Assembly (NCBI GenBank): GCA_038087875.1
Contig: JAXLNO010000295.1
Coordinates: 1-48,562 of the forward strand
Source of the DNA: Malacoraja senta
Lineage: Eukaryota
DNA length: 48,562 nucleotides
Reading direction: 5' to 3'
The position numbers were made by a program, and so were the translations under genes. Position 1 is the first letter of the stretch; every line of letters starts with the position of its first letter. Positions 34,700-46,108 of the stretch are shown here, piece by piece. The notes below the pieces were generated by a model. That model did no database searches and had not been told where the DNA came from. It saw only the letters and a list, made by a program, of their open reading frames with translations.

Positions 34700-35468
34700 T
34701 CTATGGGCAGTGTGATTGGAAAACTGACCCATCTGGAGTACCTATTGGAGAGGTTGCTCCAAAGAGATATGCTCCCAAAACAAAGGAAACTATCTGAGCC
34801 TGGGTATTATGGTGAACCCGTGGCAGCGGCACCTGTGTCAGGGCTGCTTGATGTCTCCCTCTCTGAGGAGAGAAGCGTAAGAGGCCAGTTTTATACTGAG
34901 TCAGATGCAGGTATCCTCAGAGGCCTGCGGCAGCACCTGTTCTCAGGGCTGCCTACGAATCTCCTTCTCTGTGGAGGGGAGTGCGAGTGAATGAAACCAG
35001 CCGCCGAATCATCTCTTCAGGTAAGACTTATCCAACAGGTATAACTGGATGAGGAAGCTAAAGCTGTCGGGCTGATTAAGGTACCAACAACGAACAAAGC
35101 TTCGTCGTATCGGCGACGACACACCTCACGCCTCATGGGCAGTAAGCAGTTCACTGAAGCTGGTGGCAGCTTGAAAGCTGCACAGAGGCCAAAGTCCAAG
35201 CCGCTCTCAGGAAATGGAATCCACATACACTACCATTCCTATTGTCCAATCAAGGACGGGAATAGAACCCACATCAGGGGCCGTTGGGCTTACCATAGAC
35301 CACCGGTAACTATCGAGGTAGGTGGGTCTGGTTCTTCAGAAACATGGGGTAAGTAGACCATTTACAAGTTGGTGATATTTACAATTGTTTTTTGTACAAA
35401 TGATAATGATAGTATGAGATTGGGTTGTTATTGCACAGTACAAGGGTACCAAGCTTGGCTTGGATTTG

Positions 35469-35832
35469 GGGCCAGAGTTGTCTTTCGAGGCAGGCTCAGT
35501 GTTATGGCCAGGATTGCCTTACGGAGCTAGCTCGGAATTATGGCCAGAGTTGTCTTTCAAGGCAGGCTCAATGTTATGGCCAGGATTGCCTTACGGAACA
35601 AGCTCGGAATTATGGCCAGAGTTGTCTTTCGAGGCAGGTCAGTATTACGGCCAGAGTTGTCTTTCGACGCAGGCTCAGAATTATGGCCGGAGTAGCCTTT
35701 CAAGGTAGGCCCAGTATTATGGCCAGAGTTGTCTTTCAAGGCAGTCTCAGTATTATGGTCAGGATCACCTCTCGAGACAGGCTCGGGTATCTGGCGAGTT
35801 GTGATTTAAGGCAGGCACGGCTTTATGGCAGG
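35469..35832. repeat. 36-bp minisatellite, about 10 copies, inside the DIRS element
   Basis: Units ggccagagttgtctttcgaggcaggctcagtgttat and ggccaggattgccttacggagctagctcggaattat. Confidence 0.93.
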
Positions 35833-37821
35833 CGTTGCCTGTTTTATTGTAAAAGATGGAGGATGTCGGTTCATAGTTGATTTAAACTCACATTTGTAAC
35901 ATAGATTTTCAGTATATGGTACTTCGTTACTGTCTAACAAACGGATTTCTTTAAAGATTTTTATGGCATGCATCGATGTCAAAGATGCATACTATTTCAG
36001 GTCCCATTCACAAGGTTCCCAGAAGTCATTTGGAATTTATCTGGATGGGGCATGATAACAGTTAATGCGTTGTAAATGGGCTAATTTCAGCTCCCAGCTC
36101 ATCTTCCTATTTACTAAACCGGTGCTGGGACTGCTCAGAGCTAAAAAAAAAAATAGTTATGCCTTAACTGGATGAGATTCTTAATGCTGTGTTTTGCTAA
36201 AATCAAATGTTTTTTAGCCACAACTATATTTGAAAGATTGAGGTAAATTTAAGTTGATACCAACTACAGCTGTTGTTTTAGGTTGTACCTTTAACTATTA
36301 TTTATCTGTGACTCCGCTCTGGGGATAGAGATTGGAATCAATAGAAGCCTGTAACAACCTTGTTATCAAGCAGTCTTCTATTCATTAAGTGTAATTTGCA
36401 TTTAACAGCTGTGTTTCAGCTGTGCAATTGGGCCTTTGCATTATCAGAACTTTCAATGTGCAAAGTAGTAATCTCTTAAGTGCCAGTTAACTCATTGTTA
36501 CAGACCTATGCTATTACCAGCTGAAGCCATCAGGTCACGATGTTGGATGAACAATATTCAGCATTGCTCCAGTAGTTTTGGTCAATAATCTTCAGTTGTA
36601 TTTAGACTGATGCTAGTGCTTAAAGATGGGAAATTACAAATGCCATCTCTAGTTATGGAGGGATGGGATTTGCATGAATTACCAATTCTTCAGTTATTGG
36701 TGTCAACTACCTATAGACGCTAGGTGCATACTATGGGTTAAAAGGTTTGTTGTGCGGATATGCATGATCTGCATGCTCAATTCCAGGTTGATACACTGTT
36801 GTGGTGGCTTATGTTGGTCACATGGGTGCAATCAAGTCAAAGTATCCTGTCATAATTTACCCAACTTTATTTGGCACTGGTGTATCATCACGTAAATCAA
36901 TGACAACACAGAATGGATGTTGCATCACTAGTATTTTATGACATTATGCCTCGATGGAACACCAAATATCGATATGTTTGCATCCAGGCTCTTTCACCAG
37001 GTTGTAAAGACATGTGGCATCGCAGTGGCAAGAGATACATTCTTGCTACACGATGGAGGAATGTTATTTTGTGGCGTTGCTCCATTTTACCTCATCAGTC
37101 GGGTCTTGCAATGATTCAGCAAGATCCCGCTTTAGGGTTTTCGTACTGTCTGACTGGCCTATGTAGCCATGGTTTCCCGCAAATGTTGGGAATTATAGTA
37201 GAACCTTATATGGGGTTTCTAAACATAAAACTTCCTGGTTCAGCCTGGGACTCGGGGAACCAGCCTCTGTATGATTAATCAATTCATTGCCTTACAGAAT
37301 CTGAGAAGACAGCTCCTGTGTCTTGGGTTGTCAGACCAATCCATGTGTGTGTTCACTGCACAGTGCAGGGATAGCACCAAAAATAGCAGTACATTTCCTC
37401 TTCAGGAGATGGGAAGCGTTCTGCTTAAGTGTTATGTTACATATAATACGAGTTCATTTTCTATGGGCCCTTGACAATAAATTAAGTTATAGTCCCATTA
37501 ACTGTGCATTACGTGCTTTCTCATCATATATGCTGCAGCGAGCGGGACCCAGGTCTGTCGGGTCTCACCCTCTGATTCTAGTTTATTAAGGATATCTTTT
37601 TCACATGTTCTCCCAGACCCAAGTACACGGAGTATGGGATATTGACATTGTGTTGACACTGCATCGCCAGGGGCTCCAGCGATATCCCTACCTTGGGCTC
37701 GGGGCTCATAAGGTATCCATTGCTGCTGTTCTCAGCACAACGGGTCCAGTCATTCCATAAATTGCGACTGGACAGGATGGTTATACTGAATGGCCTACTC
37801 CTGCACCTATTTTCTATGTTT

Positions 37822-37920
37822 CCATCTCTGGAGACAAGGAATGGGTGACGTTTCGGGTCGACACTTAAGATGGGTCTCAAACCTGAAACGTTACCCATTC
37901 CTTCCAGCATTTTGTGTCTA
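37822..37920. mobile_element. Inverted pair of Penelope-type repeat ends
   Basis: aaggaatgggtgacgtttcgggt ... acctgaaacgttacccattcctt form an imperfect inverted repeat. Confidence 0.65.
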
Positions 37921-37932
37921 CCGAAACAGCGC

Positions 37933-38160
37933 CTATCTGTCCACGTGGCGGTGTGCCAACAGGCTGGAGGAGTGGGCAAAGGCCTTGCTGCAGTGCGGGC
38001 AGGTGAAGGTGCACTGGCCGGTGTGGACTCGTCGGTGCTCCAGCAGGGGGTCAAGGCGGGTGAAACCCTTGCCACACTCAGCGCACACAAAGCGTCTCTC
38101 TCCGGTGTGTAACCGCTGGTGCTCCCGCAGCCCCCATGCTCTCTTGTCACAGTGGGAGCA
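37933..38160 (-). pseudogene. Out-of-frame relic zinc fingers of the second ZNF gene
   Basis: The end of ORF 37933..38814 encodes [13 protein letters not shown] and CPHCSKAF..H after the main-frame stop. Confidence 0.85.
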
Positions 38161-39457
38161 GCTGCTTGCCAGCATGGGTCCGCCGGTGCTGCCGCAACCC
38201 CCGCGAGCTGTCAAACTCCTCACCGCAGTACAGGCAGTCGTAGGGCTGGCCACTGGTGTGCACGTGCTGGTGAGACAGCGCGTGGGAGGCCACGGCAAAG
38301 CGCTCTCCACACACCGGGCTGGGGAAGGGGCGGTGGTCGGCATGCACCTGCTGGTGGGACAGCAGATAGGTGGAGCGGGTGAAGCCCTTGCCGCACTGGG
38401 CGCAGGTGAAGGGGCGCTCGCCGGTGTGGGTGCGCTGGTGGGACAGCAGGTTGCTGGACTTGGTGAAGCCCTTGCCGCACTGGGTGCAGGTGTAGGGGCG
38501 CTCGCCGGTGTGGGTGCGCTGGTGCTGCAGCAGGCTGCTGGAGTGGGTGAAGCGCTTGCCGCACTGGGTGCAGGTGTAGGGCCGCTCCCCGGTGTGGGTA
38601 CGCTGGTGCACCAGCAGGGTGCTGGAGCAGATGAAGCCCTTGCCGCAGTAGCTGCAGGTGTAGGGTCGCTCGCCGGTGTGGGTGCGCTGGTGCACCAGCA
38701 GGTTGCTGGAGCAGATGAAGCCCTTGCCGCACTGGGCGCAGGTGTAGGGTCGCTCGCCGGTGTGGGTGCGCTGGTGGGACAGCAGGTAGCTGGAGCAGGT
38801 GAAGCCCTTGCCACACTGGGCGCAGGTGTAGGGCCACTCCCCGGTGTGCAGGTGCCTGTGCGCCTTCAGGTCCGGAGACGACTTGAAGCCTTTGCCGCAG
38901 TCGGAGCAGGTGAAGGGCCGCTCACTGCTGTGCACCCGCCGGTGCTGCCGTAGCCCCGAGAACTGGGCAAAGTTCTTGCCGCAGGTGGAGCAGCTATAGG
39001 GCTTCTCGCTCGTGTGCACCCGCCGGTGTCTCTTCAGGAGATTCTCCGTCTTGAAGCTCTTGCCGCAGTCGGAGCAGGTGAAAGGCCTCTCGCCGGAGTG
39101 CACGCGGTTGTGCTGCTGCAGGTTGCTGGAGCTGGTGAAACTCTTGCCGCAGTCGGAGCAGGTGAAGGGCCGCTCGCCGGAGTGCACGCGGTTGTGCTGC
39201 AGCAGGTGGTTGTAGCGGGTAAAGCTCTTGCTGCACTCCGAGCAGGTGAAGGGCCTCTCGCCGGAGTGCACGCGGTTGTGCTGCAGCAGTTGGCTGGAGC
39301 TGGTGAAGCTCTTGCCGCACTCCGAGCAGTCGAAGGGGCGTTCTCCCGTGTGCATCCGCCGGTGGATCTCCAGTTCGCTCGGGTACTGCCAGGCCTTGCC
39401 ACACACATCACATTCAAAACGCTTCTCCTTGTTGTGCCCCATCATGTGGTCCTCCAT
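38147..39457 (-). CDS. Tandem C2H2 zinc-finger protein (14 intact and 1 degenerate finger), paralog of 4027..5397
   Basis: 436-aa ORF with TGERPF/Y linkers. The acceptor ctgcag|ggtttagg at 39569 matches the paralog's acceptor. Confidence 0.92.
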   Translation of the reverse strand: MEDHMMGHNKEKRFECDVCGKAWQYPSELEIHRRMHTGERPFDCSECGKSFTSSSQLLQHNRVHSGERPFTCSECSKSFTRYNHLLQHNRVHSGERPFTCSDCGKSFTSSSNLQQHNRVHSGERPFTCSDCGKSFKTENLLKRHRRVHTSEKPYSCSTCGKNFAQFSGLRQHRRVHSSERPFTCSDCGKGFKSSPDLKAHRHLHTGEWPYTCAQCGKGFTCSSYLLSHQRTHTGERPYTCAQCGKGFICSSNLLVHQRTHTGERPYTCSYCGKGFICSSTLLVHQRTHTGERPYTCTQCGKRFTHSSSLLQHQRTHTGERPYTCTQCGKGFTKSSNLLSHQRTHTGERPFTCAQCGKGFTRSTYLLSHQQVHADHRPFPSPVCGERFAVASHALSHQHVHTSGQPYDCLYCGEEFDSSRGLRQHRRTHAGKQLLPL

Positions 39458-39669
39458 CGAAGCTCAGCCCGCACACGGAGCAGATGGGGGGGGCTCACTG
39501 GCACCTTGGCCGCCTTCCTTGGCCGCTCACGTCCCCGTCTCTCCGTCCACAGCAACGGCTCCTAAACCCTGCAGATGGGGAACACAGAGGGTCAACAATC
39601 TGGCAAACAGGACATTACTAGCACATATTAGGTGCGTTTATGGCGGAGGAAACCGTTATATAATTTTGT

Positions 39670-39968
39670 GCGGCACAGTGGTGCAGCGGTACAGTTGCTG
39701 CCTGAACGCCAGAGACCCGGGTTCGATCCTGACTACGGGTGCTGTCTGTGTGCAGTTTGTACGTTCTCCCCTTGACCTGCGTGGGTTTTTACTCCGGGTG
39801 CTGCGGTTTCCTCCAACATTTCAAAGACGTTCAGGGTTGTAGATTAATCGGCCTCCGCAAAATTGTCCCTAACGTGCGTAGGATAGTGCTAGTGTACGGG
39901 GTGATCGCTGGTCGCCGCGGGCCAAAAGACCTGTTTCCGCGCTGCATCTCTGCACTAAACTAAACCAA
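39670..39968 (+). mobile_element. tRNA-derived SINE (HE1/V-SINE-like)
   Basis: A box tggtgcagcgg, B box ggttcgatcc and (CTAAA)n tail. It occupies the same intronic position as 3502-3793. Confidence 0.88.
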
Positions 39969-42127
39969 AGGGTCTCTATCCAAAATATCACCCATGTCTT
40001 CTCTCCACAGATGCTGACTGTCCCGCTGAGTTACTCCAGCACTTTGTGTCTATCTTCTCCACAGATGCTGCCTGACATGTTGAGTTACTCCAGCACGCTC
40101 TCTCTGTCTCTCTCTCCCTCTGTCTGTCTGTCTCTATCTCCCTTTCTCTGTCTCAGTCTCTCCCTTTCTCTCTGTAACTGTCTCTCTTTCTCCCTCTATC
40201 TCACTCTCTCTCTCTCTGTTTCTCTCTCTGTCCCCCCTCTCTCTCTCTCCCTCTCCCAGCATCTCTCTCTCTCTCTTCCCCCTCTCTCTGTCTCGCCCTA
40301 TGTGTCTCACTCTGTTTCTTTCTCTCTGTCTCTCTGCATCTCCTTCTCTGTCTCTCCCTCTGTCTGTCGCTCTCTCTATCTGTCTCTCTTTCTCTGCATC
40401 TCTTTCCGTCTCCATCCCTCTGTGTCTGTCTCTCTCTCCCTCTCTCTCTGTTTCTGTCTCTCTCTATCTCTCTCTCTGTCTCTCCCTCCCTCTGTGTGTC
40501 TATCTTTCTTTCTCTCTCTACCTGTCTCTCTCTCTCTGTCCCTCGCTCTCTCTCTGTCTCTCACTCACCCCCCTCTCTGTTTCTCTCTCTCTCCCTCTCT
40601 CTCTGCCCCTCTGTCTCTGTCCCTCTCTCTGACTCTCTCTGTCTTTCTCCCTCTCTCTCTCTCTCTCTATGTCTGTCTCGCTCTCTCCCTATCTGTCTCT
40701 CTCCGTTTATCTCTGTCACTCTGTTTCTCTCTCTCCCCCCATCTCCCTCTCTCTGTCTATATCTGTCTCTCGCTCTCCCTCTCTCTCTCTCTCTGTGTTT
40801 CTCTGTTTCTCTCTCTCTCTGTCTATATCTCTCTCCCTCTCTCTCTGTCCCTCTCCCCGTCTCTCTTTCTGCCTCTCTCTCTGTCTCACTCCGTCTCTCA
40901 CTTACTGTCTCTCTCTCTGTCCCCCTCTCTTTCTCACCGTCTCTCTCTCTCCATCTCTCTCTCTGTCTCACTCTGTTTCTCTCTCTCTATCTCCCTCTCT
41001 CTCTGTTTCTCTCTCTCTGTCTTTCTTTCTCTCTCTCTCCTATCTCTCTCTGTCTCTCTCGCTCTCTCTCTGTCTCTCTCTATCTCTGTCCCTCTCTCTC
41101 TCTCCGTTTCTCCCTGTCTCTCTCTATCTCTCTCTCTCTGCCTCACTCTCTTTCTCCCTGTCTCTCTCTCTCTCCCCTCTATCTGTCTCTCACTCTCTCT
41201 CTCTGAAACTCCATCTTTCTCTCAGTCTCTCTCTCTCTCCATCTCACTCTCTCTCGCTCTGTCCCTCTCTCTCTCCATCTCTCTCATTCTGTCTCTCATA
41301 TTTCTCTATCTCTGTCTCTCTGTCTCTATCTCTCTCTCTGTTTCTCTGTCTCTGTCTCCCTCTCTGTATGTCTCTCTTTCTTTCACTCACTATCTCTCTC
41401 TCTCCCTCGCTGTCTCTCTCTCTCCCATTCTCTCTGTCTCTCTCTCTCTCACTGACTGTCTCTCTCTCTCTGCATCTCTCTCTCTGTCTCTCTTTCTCTC
41501 TCTCGCTCTCCGTTTCTCCCTCTCTCTATCTCTGTTTCTCTCTGTATGTCTTTCTTTCTCTCTCTCTCTCTCTCTCTGCCTCTCTCTATCTCTGTCCAGC
41601 TCTCTGCCTCTCTCTCTCTCTCCGTTTCTCTCTATCTCTCTCTATCTCTCACTCCCTCTCACTCTCCGAGTCACTCTGCCTCTCTCTCTATCTCGCTCCG
41701 TCTCTCTCTCTATTTCGGTCTCTCTCTCTCCGTCTCACTCTCTCTCCTCTCTCTCTGTCTCTCTCCCTCTGTCTACATCTGTCTCTCCCTCTCTCTCTCT
41801 CTCTCTATCTGTCTCTGTCTCTCTCTATCTCTCTCTCTCTCCCTCTCCCAGTTTCTCTCTGCCTCTCACTCACTTTCTCCTTTCTCTCCTCTCTTTCTCT
41901 CTCTGTCTCTCGCTCTCTCTCAGTCTCTCTCTTTATCCCTTTCTCCCTCTTTGTGCCTCTGTCTCCGTCTCCCTCAGTCTCTCCCTCTCTCTCTCCCTAT
42001 CTCTGTCTCTCTCACTCTGTGTGTGTCTCTCCGTTTCTTTCCCCCAGTCTCTCTTTCTGCCTCTCGCTCTCTCTCTCCGTCTCTCACTGACTTTCCCTCT
42101 CTGTCTCTCTCTGTCTTCCCTTACTCT

Positions 42128-42165
42128 CAGTCTGATGAAGGGTCTCAACCTGAAATGTCACCCAT
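42128..42165 (+). ncRNA. Candidate minimal type I hammerhead ribozyme (Penelope-associated)
   Basis: CTGATGA (42132-42138), stem II AGG..CCT, GAAA (42152-42155), then TGTC with predicted cleavage after 42159. Stems I and III are weak. Confidence 0.5.
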
Positions 42166-42428
42166 TCCTTCTCTCCATAGATGCTGCTGACTGACTGAGG
42201 TACTCCAGCATGCTCTCTCTGTCTCCATCTCTCTCTCCCTCTCTCTGTCTCTCCCACTCTGTGTCTCTCTCTCCATCTCTGTCTCTCTCTCTCTCTCTAT
42301 CTCACTGTCTCTCTCTCTCTTGCCCCTCTGTATCTCTCTCTCTATCTGTCCTTTGTCACTCTCAATATCTGTCTCTTTCTCTATGCCTCTCATTCTGTCT
42401 CTCCCTCTCTCTCTCTCTCTCTGTATCT

Positions 42429-42459
<31 letters not shown>

Positions 42460-42502
42460 CCTCTGTCTCTCTCTCTCGATCTACCTCTCACACTCTCTCT
42501 CT

Positions 42503-42615
42503 CTTCTTCTTCTTGCGTATGGCGTGCACAGCCTAAAGTTGTAGGACAACTTGTTCTAATTTATCGTATTTGATTGTGCACACCAGGTTGATTGAAACAG
42601 GTTGCAATCTCCCAC
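42503..42615 (-). mobile_element. Short retroposon 3' end with (GAA)n tail (Vingi/RTE-type)
   Basis: The minus strand ends ...gccatacgcaagaagaagaagag, embedded in the CT tract. Confidence 0.5.
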
Positions 42616-45140
42616 CCCGCCTTCTCTCTCTCTCTCTCTCTCTCTGCCTTTCTCTGTCTCACACTGTATCTCTCCCTCTCTCTCTGTCACTCTCTCCCTC
42701 TGTCTCTCTGTATGTCTCTCTCGCTGTCTGTGTGTCTCTCTCTCTCTGTCTCTCACTCTGTCTGTCTGCTTCTCTCTTTCTCTCCCTCTCTCTGTCTGTC
42801 TGTCTATCTCTCTCTGTCTCTGTATCTCTCTCCCACTGTCTCTCTATCTCTTTCTCACTATGTCTCTGTATATATCTCTCTGTCACCCTCTCTCTCCCCC
42901 CAATGTGTCTCTCTCTGCCTGTCTCTCCCTCTGTATCTCTCTCTCTCTCTCCCCTCTCTCTCTCTCTCTGTATCTCTCTCCCCCTCTCTGTCTCTCCCTC
43001 TCTATTGCTGTCTCTCTCTCCCCGTCCCACTTTCTCTCTCTCGCTCTCACTCTCTCTTCGTGTCTCTCTCTGAGAATCTCTGTCTGTCTCTCTCTGTATC
43101 TCTGTCTCTGTATCTCTCTCCCACTGTCTCTCTCGCTCCCTCTCTGTCTCTCTCTTTCTCACTCTCTGTCTCTCTCACTCTCACTGTCTCTCTCCCTCTG
43201 TGTGTCTCTCTTTCTCTCTGTGTTTCTGTGTTTCTCGCTATCTCTCACTCCCTCTCTCTGTCTCTGTCTGTCTCTCTCTCTGTGTCACTGTCTGTCTATC
43301 TCTCACTGTCCCTCTCTCTGTCTCTCTCTCTCCCTCTGTCTGTCTCTATTTCGCTCTCTCTGTATCTGTATCTCTGTCTCTCTTTCTCCCTCTGTGTCTG
43401 TCTCTATTTCTCTCTCTCTGTATCTGTATCTCTGTTTCTCTTTCTCTGTGTCTGTCACTCTTTTTCTTTCTCTCCCCCTCTCTCTCTCTCTGTATGTCTC
43501 TCTCGCTGTCTCTCTCCCTCTGTGTATGTCTTTCTTTCTCTTTCCGCCTGTCTCTCTCTATGTCACTCTCTCTCTTTCTCTCTCCTCTCCCTCTGTGCCT
43601 GTCTCTCCCTGTGTCTGTCCCTCTCTCTCTCCCTGTGTCTGTCCCTCTCTCTGTGTCTGTCTTCCTCTCCGTCTCCCCCCCTCTCTCTCTGTACCTCACT
43701 GTCTCTCTTCCCCCCCCCCTCTCTCTCTGTCTCCCTCTCCCTGACTGTACCTCTCTCCCTCTCTCTCTGTTTGTGTGTGTGTCTCTCTCTCTCCCGCTCT
43801 CTCTTTCTGTTTCTCTCTGTCGCTCTCCGTGTCTGACTCTCTTTCTCTCTCCCCGTCTCTCCCTCTCTTCTCTTATTCTCTCTCTCTCTCTGAGTATCCC
43901 TGTCTGTCTCTCTCTCTGTATCTCTCTCCAACTAGGTCTCTCTCTCCCTCTCTCACTCTCTCTTTCACTCTGTCTGTATCTGTATCTCTCTCTCCCACTG
44001 TCTCTCTGTTTCCATCTCTCTTGCTCTTTCTCTCTGTCCCTCTCTCTCCCTGTGTCTGTGTCTGTTTCTCTCTCCCTGTCTCACTCTCTCGCTGTCTCTC
44101 TCGCTCTCTGTCTCTCTCTGTATCTCTCTCTATCTGCCTCTCTCTCTATCTATCTCTCTTTCTCTGTCTGTGTGTCTCTCTCTCTCTGTCTCTCACTCTG
44201 TCTGTCTGCTTCTCTCTTTCTCTCCCTCTCTCTGTCTGTCTGTCTGTATCTCTCTCTGTCTCTGTATCTCTCTCCCACTGTCTCTCTATCTCTTTCTCAC
44301 TATGTCTCTGTATATATCTCTCTGTCACCCTCTCTCTCCCCCCAATGTGTCTCTCTCTCCCCTCTCTCTGCCTGTCTCTCCCTCTGTATCTCTCTCCCCC
44401 TCTGTCTCTCCCTCTCTATTGCTGTCTCTCTCTCCCCGTCCCACTTTCTCTCTCTCGCTCTCACTCTCTCTCCGTGTCTCTCTCTGAGAATCTCTGTCTG
44501 TCTCTCTCTGTATCTCTGTCTCTGTATCTCTCTCCCACTGTCTCTCTCGCTCCCTCTCTGTCTCTCTCTTTCTCACTCTCTGTCTCTCTCACTCTCACTG
44601 TCTCTCTCCCTCTGTGTGTCTCTCTTTCTCTCTCTGTGTTTCTGTGTTCTCGCTATCTCTCACTCCCTCTCTCTGTCTCTGTCTGTCTCTCTCTCTGTGT
44701 CACTGTCTATCTCTCACTGTCCCTCTCTCTGTCTCTCTCTCTCCCTCTGTCTGTCTCTATTTCTCTCTCTCTGTATCTGTATCTCTGTCTCTCTTTCTCC
44801 CTCTGTGTCTGTCTCTATTTCTCTCTCTCTGTATCTGTATCTCTGTTTCTCTTTCTCCCTCTGTGTCTGTCACTCTTTTTCTTTCTCTCCCCCTCTCTCT
44901 CTCTCTGTATGTCTGCTCTCTTTCTCTTTCTCTCCGTCTCACTCTATCTCTTTCTTTCTCACTCTGTCCCTCCCTGTCTCTGTCTCTCTCCCTGTCTCTC
45001 CATCTATCTCCCTCTCTCTGACTCTCTCACTCCCCCTCTGTGTGTCTCTCCCCCTCTCTCTGTCTATATCTCTCTCTCTCTCTCTCCCCGTCTCACTGTC
45101 TTTCTCTCCCTCTGTGTGTGTCTCTCTCCATCTCTCCCTC

Positions 45141-46108
45141 ATATTAATGATCTGGATGAGGGAATTGAAGGCAACATCTCCAAGTTTGCGGATGACACGA
45201 AGCTGGGGGGCAGTGTTAGCTGTGAGGAGGATGCTAGGAGACTGCAAGGTGACTTGGATAGGCTGGGTGAGTGGGCAAATGTTTGGCAGATGCAGTATAA
45301 TGTGGATAAATGTGAGGTTATCCACTTTGGTGGCAAAAACAGGAAAGCAGACTATTATCTAAATGGTGGCCGATTAGGAAAAGGGGAGATGCAGCGAGAC
45401 CTGGGTGTCATGGTACACCAGTCATTGAAAGTAGGCATGCAGGTGCAGCAGGCAGTGAAGAAGGCGAATGGTATGTTAGCATTTATAGCAAAAGGATTTG
45501 AGTACAAGAGCAGGGAGGTTCTACTGCAGTTGTACAGGGTCTTGGTGAGACCACACCTGGAGTATTGCGTACAGTTTTGGTCTCCAAATCTGAGGAAGGA
45601 CATTATTGCCATGGAGGGAGTACAGAGAAGGTTCACCAGACTGATTCCTGGGATGTCAGGACTTTCATATGAAGAAAGACTGGATAGACTCGGCTTATAC
45701 TCGCTAGAATTTAGGAGATTGAGAGGGATCTTATAGAAACTTACAAAATTCTTATGGGGTTGGAGAGGCTAGATGCAGGAAGATTGTTCCCGATGTTGGG
45801 GAAGTCCAGGACAAGGGGTCACAGCTTAAGGATGAGGGGGAAATCCTTTAAGACCGAGATGAGAAAAACATTTTTCACACAGAGAGTGGTGAATCTCTGG
45901 AACTCTGCCACAGAGGGTAGTTGAGGCCAGTTAATTGGCTATATTTAAGAGGGAGTTAGATGTGGCCCTTGTGGCTAAAGGGATCAGGGGGTATGGAGAG
46001 AAGGCAGGTACAGGATACTGGGATGATCAGCCATGATCATATTGAATGGCGGTGCTGGCTCGAAGGGCCGAATGGCCTACTCCTGTACCTATTTTCTATG
46101 TATGTATG
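45141..46108 (+). mobile_element. CR1 LINE 3' fragment (young)
   Basis: [21 protein letters not shown]...[14 protein letters not shown] is open for about 190 codons and is followed by a CR1 tail. Confidence 0.95.

Larger units (their letters stand above)
33697..37780 (+). mobile_element. Decayed DIRS-type (tyrosine recombinase) retrotransposon, 3'-truncated
   Basis: Broken frames give ACIDVKDAYY (about 35966, RT), TDAS (about 36606, RNase H), GTPNIDMFASRL (about 36957, methyltransferase-like), and PKYT..WDIDIVL and LLFSAQRVQS..KL (37618-37770, YR N-terminus). T-rich start. Confidence 0.78.
40097..45140. repeat. About 5-kb degenerate (CT)n/(CTGT)n microsatellite
   Basis: Directly visible, with short insertions at 42125-42212 and 42503-42615. 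Confidence 0.98.

Noticed and set aside
35469..35832. CRISPR-like appearance of 36-bp periodic repeats (also 33-bp at 6877 and 30-bp at 6461)
   Set aside because: Units are contiguous and homologous to each other, with no unique spacers and no cas genes, in a vertebrate context.
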